DNA from: Takakia lepidozioides | Taxonomy: Eukaryota > Plantae > Bryophyta | Assembly: GCA_030704615.1 (NCBI GenBank) | Contig: CM060731.1 | Location: 34,782,001-34,846,000, forward strand | Reading direction: 5' to 3' | Length of the DNA: 64,000 nt | Part shown: piece after piece, positions 59,646 through 64,000 of the stretch | Position numbering within the stretch: the stretch's first letter is position 1 | Layout: every line of letters starts with the position of its first letter | Notes under the pieces: generated by a model | The model's database searches: none | The model's input: only the letters and a program-made list of their open reading frames with translations | What the model was told of the DNA's origin: nothing | Translations under genes and position numbers: made by a program

Positions 59646-62600
59646 CATGCGATAGTGGAAACTCATAACTAACGTTTGGATACAAAAATATTCTTGGGAG
59701 AGGGGGGGGGGCACTTCCAAATATTTCCACTCGACATGCAAAAAAATATAGGGTACAATATATTCTTGGCAGATAAAATTTAGAAAATTATTACAAATAA
59801 GTACGGGTATAGATATATCATGGTTTGGGAATTTAAATGAAGATATGGTCTGGAATATAGATTTTTTTTTTTCAACTACCAATAGGGTATCGATAAAGAC
59901 AGAGGACACATGTCGTCTAGTTATTGGTTTATTTGCAATGTGTACTTCAAAACCAGGCAGGCTAGACTTGGATTCGGGGACTTGGACTTTTTACGGCACT
60001 TGGTTCGTGGGGGAGGAATTTGAGTTTAGGATTGGGCTTCGCTTTGCTTCTCTTCTTTGGTTGCGATCACTTTCCACTTAGTTCAGTTTACATGACTTTG
60101 ATAAAGTTCAGAATGCTTATACTGATGCCCAAGCTAATTTGAATGAGTTTGTTTCGACCAAGTAATGAACTATTTTTTACTATAAAAACTTTCTCTTATT
60201 GCATTGTTAACATAGCGTGCCTGAAATTTGCTAGTAGCATAAAAGTATAATTAATACAACATGTCAGAAAATCCAGTATTTTACAAAATTATGTAAGTAT
60301 AGGGTTGGCCGATAAAGACAAAAAAACAAATGATATATCCCCATACAAATTTCACAAGTGATATATAAATGATATAGGGAGTGCCCGCTCGGAAAACTAT
60401 TCTAGTAGAATCTATATGGACTGCTCAAGCTCATTTTGTTTGTGCGATGGTGTAATGGAGGATTAGATGGTGTATAAGATAAAATATATATCCTAACTGC
60501 CACCGATGGTGATATAATAATCAGTAATAATCAATACACACTGGACGATAAATTCTATGCACACAACAACAAAAATATATTTGTCATATATCACCAAATT
60601 CGTGTTGATGTCGTCATGTGTGGTCACATATTGTTGGTGGGAGATTAGTCATTCGACATAGCTGACATATCCTATGTGAAATGTATAACAACTATCTTCT
60701 GCGATCTCTTCGACACCTTTGGTAACAAGATATTTTTGCTATTTTATACGTCGCAATACCAGCTTACAACAAGATACTTTCTTGATACCATCGATGGTTC
60801 TCGATATCTTCGACATATGGATCTTGAAATACACATGGAATATCTCTTTGAATCCAACCCACGTTTATCTGTAGTAATGTCATGCCGTGTAGCCATTGTG
60901 ATCAACACATTTTCATAGTTTTAGAAAATTTAACAGTTAAATGGACATCACCGGCATATGGAAACTCCTCTTTAAATTCATGTCTTTCGACGAATTGTAT
61001 GCTGCCAGTGTTGACAAATCAATGATTGACACATACATGATTCACAGTTCATAGAAGTATGAGACTCATTAGGGTAGTGAGCCCTATCACCGGACAGAGA
61101 CCCATGGCCACACATAATGATAATTCAAGGATGAACTGATGAGAAATCAGCACATGTGATATTAATGGATGTCCTGTCACCTATGATCGAAATCCATTGA
61201 TAACTTCATCCTATAGAGATGAAAGTGTACGGTCATATCTAGCCTCGTTACCCTATTTCATTTTTTGGCACATGTATGGCAACATGACTATAATTCTAAT
61301 TTGAACGTACGTGGAGAGACCATACTCTAAAGCTCCGACTTCTTCTTGTGGTAAAAACACATTGAGAAGCTCATGCAACAAGGTAGCATATGAGACTATG
61401 GATTGGAAATGATCATCACGCTAATTAGCAATCCCAGGTCATTGCAAGCTATGATGGCTATGAGACCTTCCCACCTAAAGAAAGATGTATATGCAAGTAA
61501 TCACTTACGTTTTGGTCTCCAAATGGTGATTTAGAATGGTCCAAACTTTATTGGTGTCCTTGATTGATACCACACCTCATTTGGACGATTATTGGGTATG
61601 ATCATGTATGTCTTAACAACATGTGAGTTCAGGTATTAACCCTTGACTTCCTACGGGGCCTGTTTCAGGTTGATGTGTCTGGAGGACCATCCTAACTTTT
61701 GCAGATGAACTTTTTTTTCATCCATTCCTTCAAGCATTTATTGCTCATGAGGTGGCCCACCGGCTCCAATTTATTGCATACCATTTGGAGCAGGTAGGCA
61801 ACCTCTAGTTTTTTCTAAAAAGACAAGGGTCAGAAGACAAGGGGTGGAGGAGAGTTGACTAGACATGTGGGCCCCCCTCATTGAGCCACCCCACTCCCGG
61901 AATTTGCAATGTGAATTCCCGTTAGATCATATTGAAAATTTGCCTATTGCTTCAAGCCAGGTGCAGCCCCTCACCAGAGGGATTTTCTTAATTTTGGTTT
62001 TTGGGATGACATGTTTTGGAGGGAAGCTTCAAGTTTGTATGTTTTTATTTATTTATTTTGGGTGTGTGTTTGTTAGGGATGGACATGTCAACCCTTACCA
62101 AAACACATACAAAGCAGCATATGCAAGAAAATGTTGGTTTGATGTGAAAGTTGGCATGCACTTTGCATTTGTAATGTACATTATGAAAATTTGGGGTAGC
62201 CCTTTTGGAAAATTCTCAAAGCCCCTCAACAAGCTTGGTCAAAGCAAATAAAGGTTTTTTTCAAAGCAAAAATTTAAAAAAACTTTCCCAGAAAAACAAT
62301 ATAATCTCTCAAACCCAACGGTGAAAATTCCTGAAATTTGGGTAGATGGTGTAGAGGCCAACTAGATATGTATGTGTATGGTTCATTTTTGTGAATGAAT
62401 GCTGGTAGATGGGTAGCCCCCGATTAGTTCCAAGGGGTAGTAGTTTTTGAGAGAGGAAAAATTCACCTTGTAAGGAAGCTAAGGATTAACTACCAAATAT
62501 CTATATCTAAGCACGTGAGAATGTCGATACCCACCTATAGCTAGATAGGGGTTGGATATAGATTTTTCAAAAATTGTTTGTGTTGGTCTTATCTTGTATA

Positions 62601-64000
62601 TTAACCTCCGTGAGGGAAAATGAACCCCCGTAATGATGACTGAATGTTAGATCTGAATGCTCCGGTTTTTGTCGCTTTCATGACTTTGGGCAATTACAAT
62701 CTCGCTAAGATTTTGTTGTTGGTGTTGCTAGCTCGGGGAATCCACTCCCTATATAGTTTAGGGAATCATGTGCGATAAAGAGGTATTTTGTATGAGGATA
62801 TTACTTTTTTCTTTCTTGTTTCATCCACCCTATAATTGTTTGATTTTGTAATATGCACAACTATCTGGCATACTATTGTTTTTATATTTGAATAACATTT
62901 GGCTTCATGGTCGTCGGAGACACTTCCATTTATAAGTTAACGAATACTTAGTTGTATGAATGTTTCGCCGTTTCTCTAATAAATGGTCCTCATTCTCACT
63001 GTCTACGTACAACTTGACTCTTCTAACCCAATAACTCTCAATCTTCAATTTGCGTGTTAATTATGCACCTACACCATGCTTTGGACCCAAGTGGGTGAGC
63101 TGGGAATGAACGATTATCTTCAACTAACCACCGTACGAGTAGGGAGAAAGTCCATGGACCAGTGATATGAAATCCCCCAAAATATGTTGTCTCGCCAAGA
63201 TACCCCATAGACTAGTTAGATGAGTGAGCATTCGAGGCATCCACTTTGCCAGGAGGGCCACAATTTGCAACAAAGGGGCAATGATACCAAACCCACCATT
63301 TTTTATTTTTTATTTTATTTTTTCTGGGTTATCTGAGCCCAACTGACCAAGCTCAACGCTTGGGGAAGCAGGAGTTGCACCCCACAAGAAGTTAGGGGAA
63401 ATGGGAGTGCTATGACCCTAGGTTTGCAGGTAACACCATCTTTGTGACCCCATTCGGTATACCACTGGAAAATATGAACTCAATGTTTTGAGCGTTGCTG
63501 GCCCAAACAAGGAATCATAGTGATTAAGGATGGATAGAGACAAGATAGCATCACGCATTCTTGTTAAGGCAGGGCTAGCAACGGCCACTGGAACATGCGG
63601 AGCTCCTCGCCTCCATCCCAACACTCTCTTTAATTTTATCTCGGGTTCCGGTTACTTTCAAAAACCTTAAATAACCAGTGGTTTTCATCAAATAACCGCG
63701 GGTATTGGGTGGTTCTTCAAAAGGTTCTTTGCTCGGTCATTTGAATGCCCTACCTCTGCCAATTCCTAATCGGACTGGTTATTTCATTATTTCACCTCAC
63801 AGGATGATCCAATCACACTGGGGAAGATGCCATTGGAAAGATCTCAGTCTGGGCTACAAGTTTGGATTTTGATGCATGTCAATTAGATCAAAATCCAGGA
63901 AGATGTTTGTTGTTGAAGAAAGGGCCTTCAGGGGTGAACTTCATCCTTCACCCAGTCCAAATGTGAACACATCTCAAAATTTAAAAAAAGGTTGAGAAAA

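Larger units (their letters stand above)
57673..61189. repeat. Segmental duplication, copy 2 (~3.5 kb, lectin block)
   Basis: Colinear with 50349-53713. Confidence 0.95.

Noticed and set aside
61200-64000. AT-rich, repeat-like tail region
   Set aside because: Likely decayed TE/MITE sequence, but no termini or coding motifs that I can support.

Overview
Eukaryotic DNA from a land plant. The compact intron-rich genes and repeat types suggest a bryophyte-grade genome, but this is inference. The left 39 kb is gene space: two tandem 14-exon nucleobase-ascorbate transporter (NAT/NCS2) paralogues (+), a D-type cyclin (-) and an F-box/LRR gene of the FBL3/RAE1 type (+). These are separated by LINE remnants, minisatellite arrays, a tRNA-derived SINE and a pre-miRNA-like hairpin. 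The right 25 kb is a rearranged transposon island: two divergent, decayed SWIM-type Mutator-like (MULE) transposases, a convergent zinc-finger accessory gene, inverted ~940-bp hAT-like remnants, TTAA/CCC-terminated (piggyBac-like) MITEs, and a ~3.4-kb direct duplication carrying a GNA/bulb-type mannose-binding lectin. Most striking: in one lectin copy the 61-bp segment carrying the start codon is flipped between perfect 7-bp inverted repeats while the rest of the ORF stays intact. Nearby, a ~930-bp inversion splits one MULE transposase mid-exon. Exon boundaries were read by eye from GT/AG sites and family similarity. No database search was run.
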